Source of the DNA: Candidatus Bathyarchaeota archaeon
GTDB lineage: Archaea > Thermoproteota > CALKCG01 > B24
Direction: 5' to 3'
DNA length: 64,000 nt
Assembly: GCA_018396755.1 (NCBI GenBank)
Contig: JAGTQM010000002.1
Coordinates: 19,972 to 83,971 of the forward strand
The notes below the pieces were generated by a model. That model had not been told where the DNA came from and did not search any database. It saw nothing but the letters and a program-made list of their open reading frames with translations. A program made the translations under genes and the position numbers. Positions 54,828 to 64,000 of this stretch are shown piece after piece. Positions within the stretch are counted from its first letter, which is position 1; the number at the start of each line of letters is the position of its first letter.

Positions 54828-56336
54828 TTAGAGTCCACTTGACTCCTTCCACTTCCTGTAGGTTGAGTAGTCTACATACTGACGTTTCGGGTTCTTTATC
54901 TGCGAAAGTACAGGCACAGACCTTTCCCGTTTTTCCTCAATCTTCTCAGTCACTGTGAAGATATACGCATCGCTACCAGCGCCAGACCCGTAGCTGACCA
55001 TTAAAATTCTACATCCAGGCTCAGCGATGTCGAGTAAAGCCGCTAAAGCCGTTGGACTTGACCCGGAGTATAGATTACCCATGTACTGTACTACGAGGCT
55101 TGGTTTAATTTGATCCATAGAGAAGCCTGCGTCTAAAGCAGCCTTCACAGGGAATTTTACATTGGGAGAGTGTAGAGCAATGTAGGATATATCGCCTGGT
55201 GTTAACCCCGACTCTTTCAATACACCTTTTATGGCTGATACTATATGCTTAAAGTATGCCGGCTCCCCAGTAAACCTCCCTCCATGCCTAGGATACTTCT
55301 CGCCTTCCCTCCTATAGAAGTCTGGTGTATCAGAAGTATATGATACATAATAGTCAAGCGTAGCTATCACGTCCCTCTTACCGAATATATACGCTGCGGC
55401 TCCAGCTCCAACAGTATAATCTAATGGATCTCCAGGAGCCGCTTGAGAATTATCAGCTCCTATAACCATTACGTATTCTCCTCTGAAAATCGGAGACCCA
55501 ACTAGGGCTACGGCATCTATGAATAAATCCGTGGCGGCTTTACACGCGAATTGCGTATCCAATCCGCCGGAGAAGAAGCCATCTTCATACGGTTCTCCGA
55601 GTTTCAAAGCCTGTATAACTGTTGAAGCTGAAGGCTTAACAGCATACGGTGTAGACTCAGAACCCACGTAACACTTCTTAATATAGCGGCCATCTAAAGC
55701 TGCATGTATTAGAGCCCTTCTACCTGCTTCCACCGCAAAAGTCGCCGCATCTTCATCTGGAAAGGGTACTGCTCTCTCTAGGATCCCTGCACCTACAGAG
55801 GGGTCTTCATTTTTAATTCTAAATTTTGGTATGTATATTCCGTAGCCTACTATACCAGGTCTTTCAGATTTTTCAGATGGTTTTAAAGGCTTATAGTCTT
55901 TAGCCTCATAATAATCGTCTGTAAACGAGAAGACTAAACTTGAATAGTATATTAGACCACTTTCACCATCGACGTAAATCCTCCTAAACCTAGGCACTAC
56001 CTCCATGCCTATAAATTCCGATACATCGACTTCCGATTCGTTTAACATGAAATCCGTGATTCTACCGGGGACTTTAACCTCCCCATTAAAGTCTATGACG
56101 CCCGTTATGAACGAGCCTAAGTATGAAAACTTATTTGTAGGTCTTCTTATAACTGTCCCAGCATAGAACAGCCCCCTACAGTAGAAGTAGTCTTCGTAAG
56201 TCATTCTACTTTTCCGCCCTTCAATATCGCAGAACGGTTTAGGTGGAAAGTACCTTCTACCGCAAATTTCACATCTGCTTACTCGAATATTATAGTCTAC
56301 CGTAATTTTTCTTCTAGTTATAGGTTCACTCATCAT
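54828..56336 (-). CDS. Fusion of a DUF35 (zinc-ribbon + OB-fold, acyl-CoA-associated) domain with HMG-CoA synthase
   Basis: 502 aa. Residues ~1-150 carry CEICGRRYFPPKPFC and an OB-like segment GVIDFNGEVKVPGRITD. From about residue 160 it reads GIVGYGIYIPKFRI...GLDTQFACKAATDL...HSPNVKF..., collinear with archaeal HMGCS. The start overlaps the thiolase stop. Confidence 0.8.
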   Translation of the reverse strand: MMSEPITRRKITVDYNIRVSRCEICGRRYFPPKPFCDIEGRKSRMTYEDYFYCRGLFYAGTVIRRPTNKFSYLGSFITGVIDFNGEVKVPGRITDFMLNESEVDVSEFIGMEVVPRFRRIYVDGESGLIYYSSLVFSFTDDYYEAKDYKPLKPSEKSERPGIVGYGIYIPKFRIKNEDPSVGAGILERAVPFPDEDAATFAVEAGRRALIHAALDGRYIKKCYVGSESTPYAVKPSASTVIQALKLGEPYEDGFFSGGLDTQFACKAATDLFIDAVALVGSPIFRGEYVMVIGADNSQAAPGDPLDYTVGAGAAAYIFGKRDVIATLDYYVSYTSDTPDFYRREGEKYPRHGGRFTGEPAYFKHIVSAIKGVLKESGLTPGDISYIALHSPNVKFPVKAALDAGFSMDQIKPSLVVQYMGNLYSGSSPTALAALLDIAEPGCRILMVSYGSGAGSDAYIFTVTEKIEEKRERSVPVLSQIKNPKRQYVDYSTYRKWKESSGL

Positions 56337-57568
56337 TCAACCTCCCTAGCCAATACATGCACATTTGCTATTCCACCACTACCGCCTATGTTGTGGCATA
56401 AAGCATATCTGATGCCGCCTTCAACGCTAATCTGGTTTTCATCAGCTTCGCTTCGCATCTGTTTAAAGCATTCATAGATTTGCCTAAGTCCTGTAGCGCC
56501 AACTGGGTGACCATCGGCTTTAAGACCTCCTCCGACGTTTACGAATACTTCCCAACCATTTCCAACATACGGTATGTGTTTTGAACCACTGAATGAGTCT
56601 ATACTCTCGTATATCCCTTTCCAACCTTCGCCTTTACTGTAGAAGCCTGAATCCTCCATAAACAAACACTCTTCTATTGTAAAACAGTCATGTGCTTCAG
56701 CTATATGGATGTCTTTAAGCGTTATACCTGCCTCCTTTAAGGCTTTGCTTACAGCAAATTTAGTGGCTCTGATTTCTAAGGTGGATATTCTGCTGAATAA
56801 CGATACATGGTCGGTAGCTTGTTGAGATGCAACTATGTAAATCGGGTCATCTGTATACTTTTTAGCGACCTCCGGTTTACACAACACTACTGCTACCGCT
56901 CCATCAGATACTGGGCTACAGTGCAATAGCCTTATCGGATCTGCTATAAGAGTAGATTTAAAAACATCTTCAACACGTATTTCGTTCCTAAACTGAGCAT
57001 ACAGATTCTTAACAGCATGGTGATGATTCTTCACAGCTATTTGAGCTAATGCTACTCTACATTTCTCATCGTTTTTACCAAATTCGTACATGTACCTAGC
57101 CATAATCGTTGCGTATAGACCTGAAAAAGTAAAGCCAGAGTCGAATTCATGTGGATCTGCTGCAAACATAAGGTCATCCACGATTTTCCCATATCTGTCA
57201 GTCATTTTTTCAAAACCACCTACCAATACAACGTCGTAAACACCAGATTTTATAGCTAGGCATGCGTTATGGAGAGCTGAACTACTTGAAGCACACGCCG
57301 CCTCCGTCTGAGTCATAGGCACGTTTAAGCCAAGTTCTCTGGATATGTAGCCTGGAACTAAACCCAGCTTATTTGTAACCTGATACATGAAGCTTCCAAA
57401 GTAGCACGCCTGGATATCAGCTCTATGAAGACCCTTATCTACGGATTCTAAGGCGTCTAAGCCAGCTTTGACTACCATACTCTCAGGGTTTTCATACCAA
57501 AGCTCTCCAAATCTCGTCCTACCAACTCCTATGATAGCAGCATATGGTTTTCCAGTCATAGGTAACAA
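56333..57568 (-). CDS. Acetyl-CoA acetyltransferase (archaeal thiolase)
   Basis: TEAACASSSSALHNA (catalytic Cys), ...CHNIGGSGG at the C-terminus. Confidence 0.85.
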   Translation of the reverse strand: MLPMTGKPYAAIIGVGRTRFGELWYENPESMVVKAGLDALESVDKGLHRADIQACYFGSFMYQVTNKLGLVPGYISRELGLNVPMTQTEAACASSSSALHNACLAIKSGVYDVVLVGGFEKMTDRYGKIVDDLMFAADPHEFDSGFTFSGLYATIMARYMYEFGKNDEKCRVALAQIAVKNHHHAVKNLYAQFRNEIRVEDVFKSTLIADPIRLLHCSPVSDGAVAVVLCKPEVAKKYTDDPIYIVASQQATDHVSLFSRISTLEIRATKFAVSKALKEAGITLKDIHIAEAHDCFTIEECLFMEDSGFYSKGEGWKGIYESIDSFSGSKHIPYVGNGWEVFVNVGGGLKADGHPVGATGLRQIYECFKQMRSEADENQISVEGGIRYALCHNIGGSGGIANVHVLAREVE

Positions 57569-57723
57569 TGAAAAGTTGCATATTTCTGATTTAAAACTTT
57601 ACTATGAATCAGGCATATGTTTTTCATAGTTTTGAGAGAAATGTTAAGTCTACAATGTGTTTCAGTAGATTAAGCTTTCTCCTTGGAGGACTATTAGGAT
57701 TTGTAAAAAATACGGGGGAGGTC

Positions 57724-59736
57724 TTAGAATGGGAAGAACCACCGGTATATTCCTATTATTCCACCTATGAAGCTTATCGACACAAAGCCTATGGCAAAGC
57801 CTGCCGCAATTGGTATACCATATTCCTCGTATAGTTTGGAACCGCCTATTCTAAGCGTTATGTACTTGAGTACCCATGCGATAAGCGCTGGAAGCCACAT
57901 CCCGAAGAATAGACATGCCTCGCTGAAGGCCATTAAGAAACCTATGGGTTCAAAGGGGAACCAGATGAACCTTGCATGGAGATACGATATAGCACCCAGT
58001 GCTATAAAACCTATAGCGAATATGTGAACCCAAGGATCTGTCCCCGGAAGCCTATTCCAGTTATCTGGGTTGGCACACCTCTCTAGAGGTGGTGAAGAAG
58101 CGGAGATGCCCCATCCAACTCTAGCACCACCAAATATGTGAAAGCCCCAAATGTATGTGATCGTACTCACCAACGGCGTGATAGCTTGAACTACTAGGAG
58201 AACTTTAAACACGTTTCTCGTATCGACTTTAAGTAGGTCTGCGAGTTTATAGGATGCAAAAGCTGAGAAGTATGAGCCTGCGTTTTGATTTTCAGGACAG
58301 TCTACATTAAATTCGCTAAGATGAGCAGCCATGACAAAACCTGGATATTCTGTAATTGGTTCTGGTGCTCTAGGCCATAATAGAAGTCTATAAAGCGCAT
58401 GACCATGTTCAGCAGCTCTTATATAAGTCCCAGTCATACCCCATATTCTTGTTTTAGTCGTCCAGAAAACAAATATGGTTATGGGTAGTAGAAGAGCCTC
58501 TGCTGCACCCATGCCCGCTACCATCCACACAACCATTATGAGTATCAATCCCCCTATGAATAATAACCATGCAACTCTATAGGATGTTGGTTCGCCTTTT
58601 TCAAATTCTTTATACGTTCCAAATGCTGCTCCAAGAGTATCTCTTATGTAACGCCATCTTATGACAAGATAGAAGAAGGTCAGAGCTACCATTCCGCCAG
58701 ATGCAAAGGCATTCCACTTAAACGGCTCATCCATTCTAACATTCACGGGACCCCAGCATCTACAGCATCCAGTCGGCTCCTCTCTAAGACCTGTATAATA
58801 ACCCACGATGTACGCAGCCTGCATCAGGACAAGATATACGAAGTACCAGAACCATATGTTGAATATTATGCTGAGTGGAGCTAAGTACATGACACTAACG
58901 GCGATTGGATGCTTATTAACCATTGTTATACCGACAAGCTCCCAAAATGGGGTGCCAGATAGACTCGTTATTGAGCCGTGTCCACACGTGTTCGTCCGCC
59001 AAGCGTATATATCTGGAAACCATGGGAACAGATACGTTAGAAGGATCGGAAGGTTAAATATTATTCCAAGCAGTATACCTATGCTAAACGGCGACGTTAG
59101 ACTTAATCTGAATTTAGGTTTTTCAGGCGTAGGCATTCTTCTAACAGCTTCGTAAAGTATCATAGCCTGTTGGAAGGGTACTCTTTCAATTTCTATCCAG
59201 TCTTTTCTTAGAATTGTGGCAGCCGCTGTCAGGAAAAGAGCTACTCCATAGAGATATAGCCACCAGAAGACTATGAAGGGAGTCCATACATCCCATGGAA
59301 CTGCTGCACCTCCCGTCAACATTGGACGGCAGAACTCAGGGTCTGGAGCAATGAATGTTGGAAATAATCTCGCAGCTTCCGTAGGATAGGAAAGTCTTGT
59401 CCCTATGAATGCACCATAGGCCTGCCACGGTAGTCCCGTAGGCGATATAAACCACGCTACACATGAGCCTATTACAAATAGATAAACCATATTCTCATTC
59501 GTGAGCTTTGAAGCCAGCCACTTAGAGCCTGTTAGCTGTGTAAGACCTCCGAGAAGTATATGCAGTATGTAGAAGGATGTTGCAAACGCTATGCTACATA
59601 GAATTATGCCCAAGCTATAAAAGCTTCTCATACCTCCAGTTAACATAACCCACAGTCCGCCTACGAAATTCAGTATTATCGTCGCTAGAATTATAGGAAT
59701 CCAAGGAATTTTACCAACTCTTATTTCTTCACTCAC
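57724..59736 (-). CDS. Large polytopic membrane protein of unknown family (paralog B)
   Basis: 670 aa with a GTG start. It shares the conserved blocks listed for 24779-26824. Confidence 0.75.
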   Translation of the reverse strand: MSEEIRVGKIPWIPIILATIILNFVGGLWVMLTGGMRSFYSLGIILCSIAFATSFYILHILLGGLTQLTGSKWLASKLTNENMVYLFVIGSCVAWFISPTGLPWQAYGAFIGTRLSYPTEAARLFPTFIAPDPEFCRPMLTGGAAVPWDVWTPFIVFWWLYLYGVALFLTAAATILRKDWIEIERVPFQQAMILYEAVRRMPTPEKPKFRLSLTSPFSIGILLGIIFNLPILLTYLFPWFPDIYAWRTNTCGHGSITSLSGTPFWELVGITMVNKHPIAVSVMYLAPLSIIFNIWFWYFVYLVLMQAAYIVGYYTGLREEPTGCCRCWGPVNVRMDEPFKWNAFASGGMVALTFFYLVIRWRYIRDTLGAAFGTYKEFEKGEPTSYRVAWLLFIGGLILIMVVWMVAGMGAAEALLLPITIFVFWTTKTRIWGMTGTYIRAAEHGHALYRLLLWPRAPEPITEYPGFVMAAHLSEFNVDCPENQNAGSYFSAFASYKLADLLKVDTRNVFKVLLVVQAITPLVSTITYIWGFHIFGGARVGWGISASSPPLERCANPDNWNRLPGTDPWVHIFAIGFIALGAISYLHARFIWFPFEPIGFLMAFSEACLFFGMWLPALIAWVLKYITLRIGGSKLYEEYGIPIAAGFAIGFVSISFIGGIIGIYRWFFPF

Positions 59737-59935
59737 TTTCCCACTAAAAGAGAGTTTATCAGAGGAGGGAATATTTAAGAGTTTATATGAAACGGTTAAA
59801 TTCTCAAGCCTGAAACTCTTTTAGAGACTTTTATATTTGGAAGATTAACTTTAAAAAATCAACTGTAGCTCGCTGGTAATGCCGTATTCACGTACTAACA
59901 TCAATCTAACTATTTGAAGATCAGGATGAAGCATT

Positions 59936-60967
59936 TCAAGTAGACGTATATAGAAGAAGTCTATCTACTTCCGTGTTTAACCCAAGCCCTCTACTATACT
60001 CTGAATCTACGGCTTCAACCGTTATAAGCCATCTATTGCTTTTCGAGTCGTATGCAATGCTCATGTAGGTATGTATCGGATAATCTGGATGTTCGTAGAT
60101 AGGTATGCTTTCCACTCCGACCTGAACATTCTTTCAAGATTAACTCTCCTATAATCTATCACATAAGAAGAGAAGTGCTTAGTTAAAGCTGCAGCTTTAA
60201 TTACGTGAAGCGTTTCAGTTCCTATGAAAAATAGAACCTAAGCATCCAGCCATTATTGAACCATTTAAAAGAAAGTAATCTGGCTGATCATATTCATCAA
60301 CCTTTAAAATTCCAAGTTTAACCCAGTTGAAGCCGTTACGACTTAAGGCTAGAGCCGTGTTAACCTTGGTTTCGCCCGTCTTCCTAGCCTTATACAGAGC
60401 AAAGTATACACCGTCTACTACGTCTATTGTAGCATCTCTAGCTTCCTCACTATCGTAATCCATATCGCATTTAATCGTAAAGCCCTCCCCCTTCCAAGGT
60501 TCAGTCGGATCATCAGCAGTCATAAGATATGCTTGCCACTTAGATTCGTAGACACCACCTTCTCTACCAGCAATATTTCCATCCGTTACATCTACGGATA
60601 GGTATAGCATGCATTGTCCAGTTGACAGGTCTCTAAGAATATGCGTACCTTCAATACTATGAATGGCTGATCCCACAATTTCACAAGCTCCTCTTTACTC
60701 ATAGAAAATGCCAAGGTATAGTCTTCTCCGTTGTTAGACCGATGTATTTCAAAACAGTAGCCTCGCTTAATAGGACCCATTCTGAGCCTACTTGTCAACC
60801 AGAATTCACCTGTTTCAGGATCCATTAAGAGCTTGCCTGCTCCACACCAAGAACCGGGTCTAAGCTTGGAGGATTCAGCAAAACCTTTCTAAACTTCTTC
60901 TTTGAAAAAGATCAATTGAGGAGGGATACGCATCATACCACAAAGAAAAAGAGCCTCCTTCAGACAT
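59936..60967 (-). pseudogene. Disrupted gene of unknown function (one in-frame TAG plus at least three frameshifts)
   Basis: Minus-strand reading. The frame runs from ATG 60967 with a TAG at 60889-60891, then KGFAESSKLRPGSWCGAGKLLMDPETGEFWLTSRLRMGPIKRGYCFEIHRS... There is a shift near 60670 into GSAIHSIEGTHILRD...(to 60215). Further shifts lead to ...HVIKAAALTKHFSSYVIDYRRVNLERMF and then VGVESIPIYEHPDYPIHTYMSIAYDSKSNRWLITVEAVDSEYSRGLGLNTEVDRLLLYTST* (stop at 59936-59938). Confidence 0.65.
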
Positions 60968-61030
60968 TCCATGTGAAAAATCTAGATAAGTTTAACTATG
61001 CAACTTTCCCCCATGAAAATACTACCCTTC

Positions 61031-62371
61031 TCAGAAAGAGGTGAGTTTTCTCTGATGTAAAACTTGTTTAAGTAATTTACTTTTACGTATCCAAACTTCC
61101 TTGGGTATGCTGAGTTTATAGAATATGTATTCGAGAGCATCTTCAAGTCTGTTAAACTTTAAAGGAGGTTTTCTAAGGGCGTTTCTAATATTTTCTCTAA
61201 CTTGCCAGACGCCGACAGGCATTATGTAACCAGGGTGAGCTTCCCTAAGTATCAATACTGAAGCTTGACGCCGTTCAATTGTAAGCTTCTCTGTGACAGC
61301 AAGCCTAGCCGCATAGTAGCATCCACCCATGTCAGCATAAGTGGTTCTTCCACCGAAGCCTTCATAATCTCCATACATGACTACTCTATCTCCCTGAGGA
61401 TTCCAAACAGTTCCGGGATACCACGCTTCTATACTTTCATAACTCCAAGCATCTGGAACCATAAGTATTTCAAATCTATTATCCAAGTAGTCTGATTCAT
61501 ATACTCTATACTCATTTATAATTGGGTTTTCTCTGATATTCTCCATTAAAGTATTTGAGATAATACTATCAACAGCTGTTATACTCCACCTTGTCGGTAC
61601 GAGTCTTCTCCGTCTGTATTCTCCAAACGCTCCTACGCTGAAAGCCCTCTGAATTTTAGAAACAGGTATATTACTTTTATAAAGTTCTAAAACAGCATCT
61701 GAAGCTTTTAAATCGTAATCGCTGTAGACCTTCTCAAGCCTATAATCCAATTTGAGAGAACCGATTCTAAGCGACTCTATTGGAGCTGAAGCTCCGAAAG
61801 GCTGAACCTCATCATCAACCAGAAAAACACCACCCGGTTTCTTTCTAAAAAACATTTCAACTTCGACTGAAAAGTTTGAAAGAGCTAAATCTCTAACTTC
61901 ATCCAGAAGCTTATTTGAACCAATCGGCTGATCGACTCTAACCCTAAAATTGCCTCTGATAAGACTCAACCTGATTTCAGCGATTTCATCTATCGACTTA
62001 CCGAACCAAAGCTCCGGGGTATCCATCATGGAAGTATCTCCATGAACAGGAGGGGTTAAAGGACCTACAAACACATGGGGATACCCGAATCTACCCACGA
62101 ATACACTCGGTGGGCTTGACCCATCTAGATTTAACCCTTTAACTTTAACTAAAGTTCTCACATAGTGAGAAAGTCTAACTATTATTGGACATCTAGATTT
62201 ACCGCAAAGCATTCTAGCTCCTTTGCATAGGACACATAAACTACCGCTTGGAACTTTATATGAAATATCCACTTCACTTGGATTTAACTCAGTTATCAGC
62301 TTAGGTTCAGCTATAAGATTTGCAAGGTCTAAGCCCAATCTAGACCTCGAAAATACTGTCGTTTTACCCAT
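61031..62371 (-). CDS. Archaeal Nre-family DNA repair protein (Nre_N/Nre_C)
   Basis: 446 aa. Contains the N-terminal CVLCKGARMLCGKSRCP motif and SSPPSVFVGRFGYPHVFVGP, as I recall for the Nre family. Confidence 0.6.
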   Translation of the reverse strand: MGKTTVFSRSRLGLDLANLIAEPKLITELNPSEVDISYKVPSGSLCVLCKGARMLCGKSRCPIIVRLSHYVRTLVKVKGLNLDGSSPPSVFVGRFGYPHVFVGPLTPPVHGDTSMMDTPELWFGKSIDEIAEIRLSLIRGNFRVRVDQPIGSNKLLDEVRDLALSNFSVEVEMFFRKKPGGVFLVDDEVQPFGASAPIESLRIGSLKLDYRLEKVYSDYDLKASDAVLELYKSNIPVSKIQRAFSVGAFGEYRRRRLVPTRWSITAVDSIISNTLMENIRENPIINEYRVYESDYLDNRFEILMVPDAWSYESIEAWYPGTVWNPQGDRVVMYGDYEGFGGRTTYADMGGCYYAARLAVTEKLTIERRQASVLILREAHPGYIMPVGVWQVRENIRNALRKPPLKFNRLEDALEYIFYKLSIPKEVWIRKSKLLKQVLHQRKLTSF

Positions 62372-62438
62372 TTTTCCACTAGAGGATTATAGTATTAAAC
62401 ACGATGGATATATGGAAGACCTCTTCATAAACTCACCG

Positions 62439-63578
62439 TTACTTTTCAAAGTCTTCAAAGCTCATGATTTTAAGATCCTTAGGTTTCTTAGCGATGTCTG
62501 AGATTCTACAGCCTACTAGCAAGTTTACACCTTTCTCTGAAGCAATATCTACAATTCTCTGAGTAACTATACCATCGAATACTACCGCTTTAATCCCATC
62601 CATATTTTTAAGTTCTTCAGCAAGGTTACTCACAGGTATGCGAGCGATGACTTCCATATTACTGTTAAAGATTACGGCTTCCAAACTATTTCGAAGCTCT
62701 TCAGCTACAGTTTTAATGCGATCCATGTGAATATTAGACTCAGCAGACTCCACAAGAGGTTTCTTAGCTTTATCAAGCAATTCTAAAATTTCTTTAGATG
62801 TTAAATCTTCAACTTCCATATTAGACGGCGCTCTTACGACATAAGTTATCGGAACCATTTGCATAAGCTCTTTAAGTATTAAATCTCCACCTCTATCCCC
62901 GTCTAGAAAAGCTATAACCTCCTTCTTAGTCTTTGCGAGTTTTATAACACTTTCAGGTATTTTAACACCTTCAATCGCTATAACGTTTCTTATCCCAGCT
63001 CTGAGTAGAGCTAGAACATCCGCTCGACCCTCAACTATGATTAGAGAATCTGAAGATTTTACATCTGGTCCAGCAGGTAGCTCTTCAGAGCCATATTTAA
63101 TGACTTCATATTCCCTAGATTCCTCAAGGAGCTTCTTAAGCAATTTTTCCGTGTCAGACGCTAACTCCATATCCCACTTCTTTAAGATTTCACGGGATCT
63201 TTCGATTATACGTTTTCTTTTAATCTCTCTTAAATCCTCAATTTTCTCTAAAACTACTTTAGCGTTGCAAGGACCGATCCTTTCAATACTTTCAAGTGCG
63301 GCGGCTATGAGTGCAACTGAAGCTCTGTCTAAGCTTGTTGGAATTATTATTCTACCCTGCGTCTTATCCTGCTTAGTCGATAGCTGAATCTCTATTCTAC
63401 CTATTCTACCAGTTTTCTGAAGCTCTCTAAGTTCAAGTTCTGGCCCGAAAAGTCCCTCAGTTTGACCAAATATAGCACCTATTACGTCTGGTTTTTCAAC
63501 GATCCCATCTACTTCAAACTTAGCGTAAATAGCATACTTAGTCGTTCCAGGTTGAGTTTGCTCCATGATTTTAAACAC
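62439..63578 (-). CDS. dnaG: Archaeal DnaG (TOPRIM primase-like, exosome-associated)
   Basis: TKYAIYAKFEVDGIVEKPDVIGAIFGQTEGLFG...LIIVEGRADVLALLRAGIRNVIAIEG...LDGDRGG. Confidence 0.85.
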   Translation of the reverse strand: MFKIMEQTQPGTTKYAIYAKFEVDGIVEKPDVIGAIFGQTEGLFGPELELRELQKTGRIGRIEIQLSTKQDKTQGRIIIPTSLDRASVALIAAALESIERIGPCNAKVVLEKIEDLREIKRKRIIERSREILKKWDMELASDTEKLLKKLLEESREYEVIKYGSEELPAGPDVKSSDSLIIVEGRADVLALLRAGIRNVIAIEGVKIPESVIKLAKTKKEVIAFLDGDRGGDLILKELMQMVPITYVVRAPSNMEVEDLTSKEILELLDKAKKPLVESAESNIHMDRIKTVAEELRNSLEAVIFNSNMEVIARIPVSNLAEELKNMDGIKAVVFDGIVTQRIVDIASEKGVNLLVGCRISDIAKKPKDLKIMSFEDFEK

Positions 63579-63805
63579 CTCAATTTATCTTAAAAATAAA
63601 GGAGAAAACGTAACATATTAAGGTTTCAGACGGTTCACCGTAAACTAGAATAGGACGACGGTTTCTAAATAGATAGACTTTTACAGATTCCCAGTTTCTC
63701 CATATCAGGTGCAGATGGTTTTAGTTTCGCCATTGGGGGGTGGAATCAGAGCGCAGAGCCTGAATGGGGGGGGTTTCCGTTGCCCCAGAAAGCTTTCTAT
63801 GAATC

Positions 63806-64000
63806 CTACAACGGAGAACTGTTAAAAGGTAATGTGACAAATAGACCTATGAGGAAACCCACTACTACGTCTGAAAACCAGTGATTTCCAAGAGCTAAAA
63901 CTTCTAAAACCGTCAACACTGATATCGTGTAAATAAAAATGGATGACCATTTAGGGGAATTATAGAAGAAACCTGTGAAAACCCCGGCCAATGCCGCATG
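63806..64000 (-). CDS. PAP2-family phosphatase, C-terminal part (5' end runs off the right edge)
   Basis: The minus-strand frame is open to the window end. GNHWFSDVVVGFLIGLFV is the third PAP2 motif (SRxxxxxHxxxD context). Confidence 0.55.
   Translation of the reverse strand, partial: HAALAGVFTGFFYNSPKWSSIFIYTISVLTVLEVLALGNHWFSDVVVGFLIGLFVTLPFNSSPL

Noticed and set aside
57604-57834. 76-aa + strand ORF between the thiolase gene and paralog B
   Set aside because: It overlaps the 3' end of the 670-aa membrane-protein gene in antisense and has no motifs.
60889-60891. In-frame TAG as a pyrrolysine codon
   Set aside because: The same gene also carries several frameshifts. No pyl genes or methylamine methyltransferases are in view. 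A pseudogene is the simpler reading.
63700-63800. G-rich tract (GGGGGG...GGGGGGGG) between the PAP2 gene and dnaG as an ncRNA or G-quadruplex
   Set aside because: There are only two long G-runs. I could not fold a convincing stem-loop. The CUGA motifs lack a matching C box. The tract may simply be promoter or terminator DNA, or homopolymer noise.
1-64000. CRISPR arrays, rRNA genes, intact IS elements or prophages
   Set aside because: I saw no regularly spaced direct repeats, no rRNA-like GC-rich blocks and no transposase or capsid-like ORFs. The only mobile-element trace is the integrase fragment at 3986-4261.

Overview
This is a compact archaeal chromosomal window. Evidence: archaeal-type ribosomal proteins and RNA polymerase subunits, archaeal DnaG, NucS, LysW-mediated amino-acid biosynthesis, an intron-containing tRNA, TATA-like promoters and frequent GTG/TTG starts. 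The DNA is AT-rich by eye and proteins are rich in E/K/R/I/V, which suggests a thermophile (inference). About 65 genes can be supported. Main blocks: (i) partial ileS, nucS, an integrase remnant, a small DUF131/DUF47 membrane operon and a family-B DNA polymerase. (ii) A sugar block with GH4, an NDP-sugar pyrophosphorylase and a GH51 arabinofuranosidase. (iii) A five-gene group-4 [NiFe]-hydrogenase catalytic module with its maturation protease but no membrane subunits. (iv) tRNA-Cys (with intron), an F420 biosynthesis trio (nitroreductase-like, cofD, cofC), tRNA-Arg, larA and flavoenzymes. (v) rpl7ae-rps28e-rpl24e-adkA. (vi) A LysW-type lysine/arginine cluster (lysK-lysZ-lysW-argG and lysY-lysJ). 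(vii) The rpoH-rpoB-rpoA-rpl30e-nusA-rps12-rps7-tuf cluster, with rpoA as a single unsplit ORF. (viii) radB-like, clp1-like kinase, THEP1 NTPase, a class II aldolase, and thiolase plus a DUF35-HMG-CoA synthase fusion. (ix) nre, dnaG and a partial PAP2 phosphatase. I found no CRISPR array, rRNA or intact mobile element. The points most worth follow-up are: the membrane-anchor-less group-4 hydrogenase module; two divergent paralogous ~670-680 aa polytopic membrane proteins of unknown family; a PolB whose Exo I/III carboxylates are replaced while the polymerase motifs are intact; the fused rpoA; the DUF35-HMGCS fusion; and decay and mobile-element scars (an integrase C-terminal fragment between direct repeats, an inverted repeat bracketing nucS, a multiply disrupted gene, and several unusually long non-coding spacers). 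All functional calls rest on motif recognition by eye, not on database searches.
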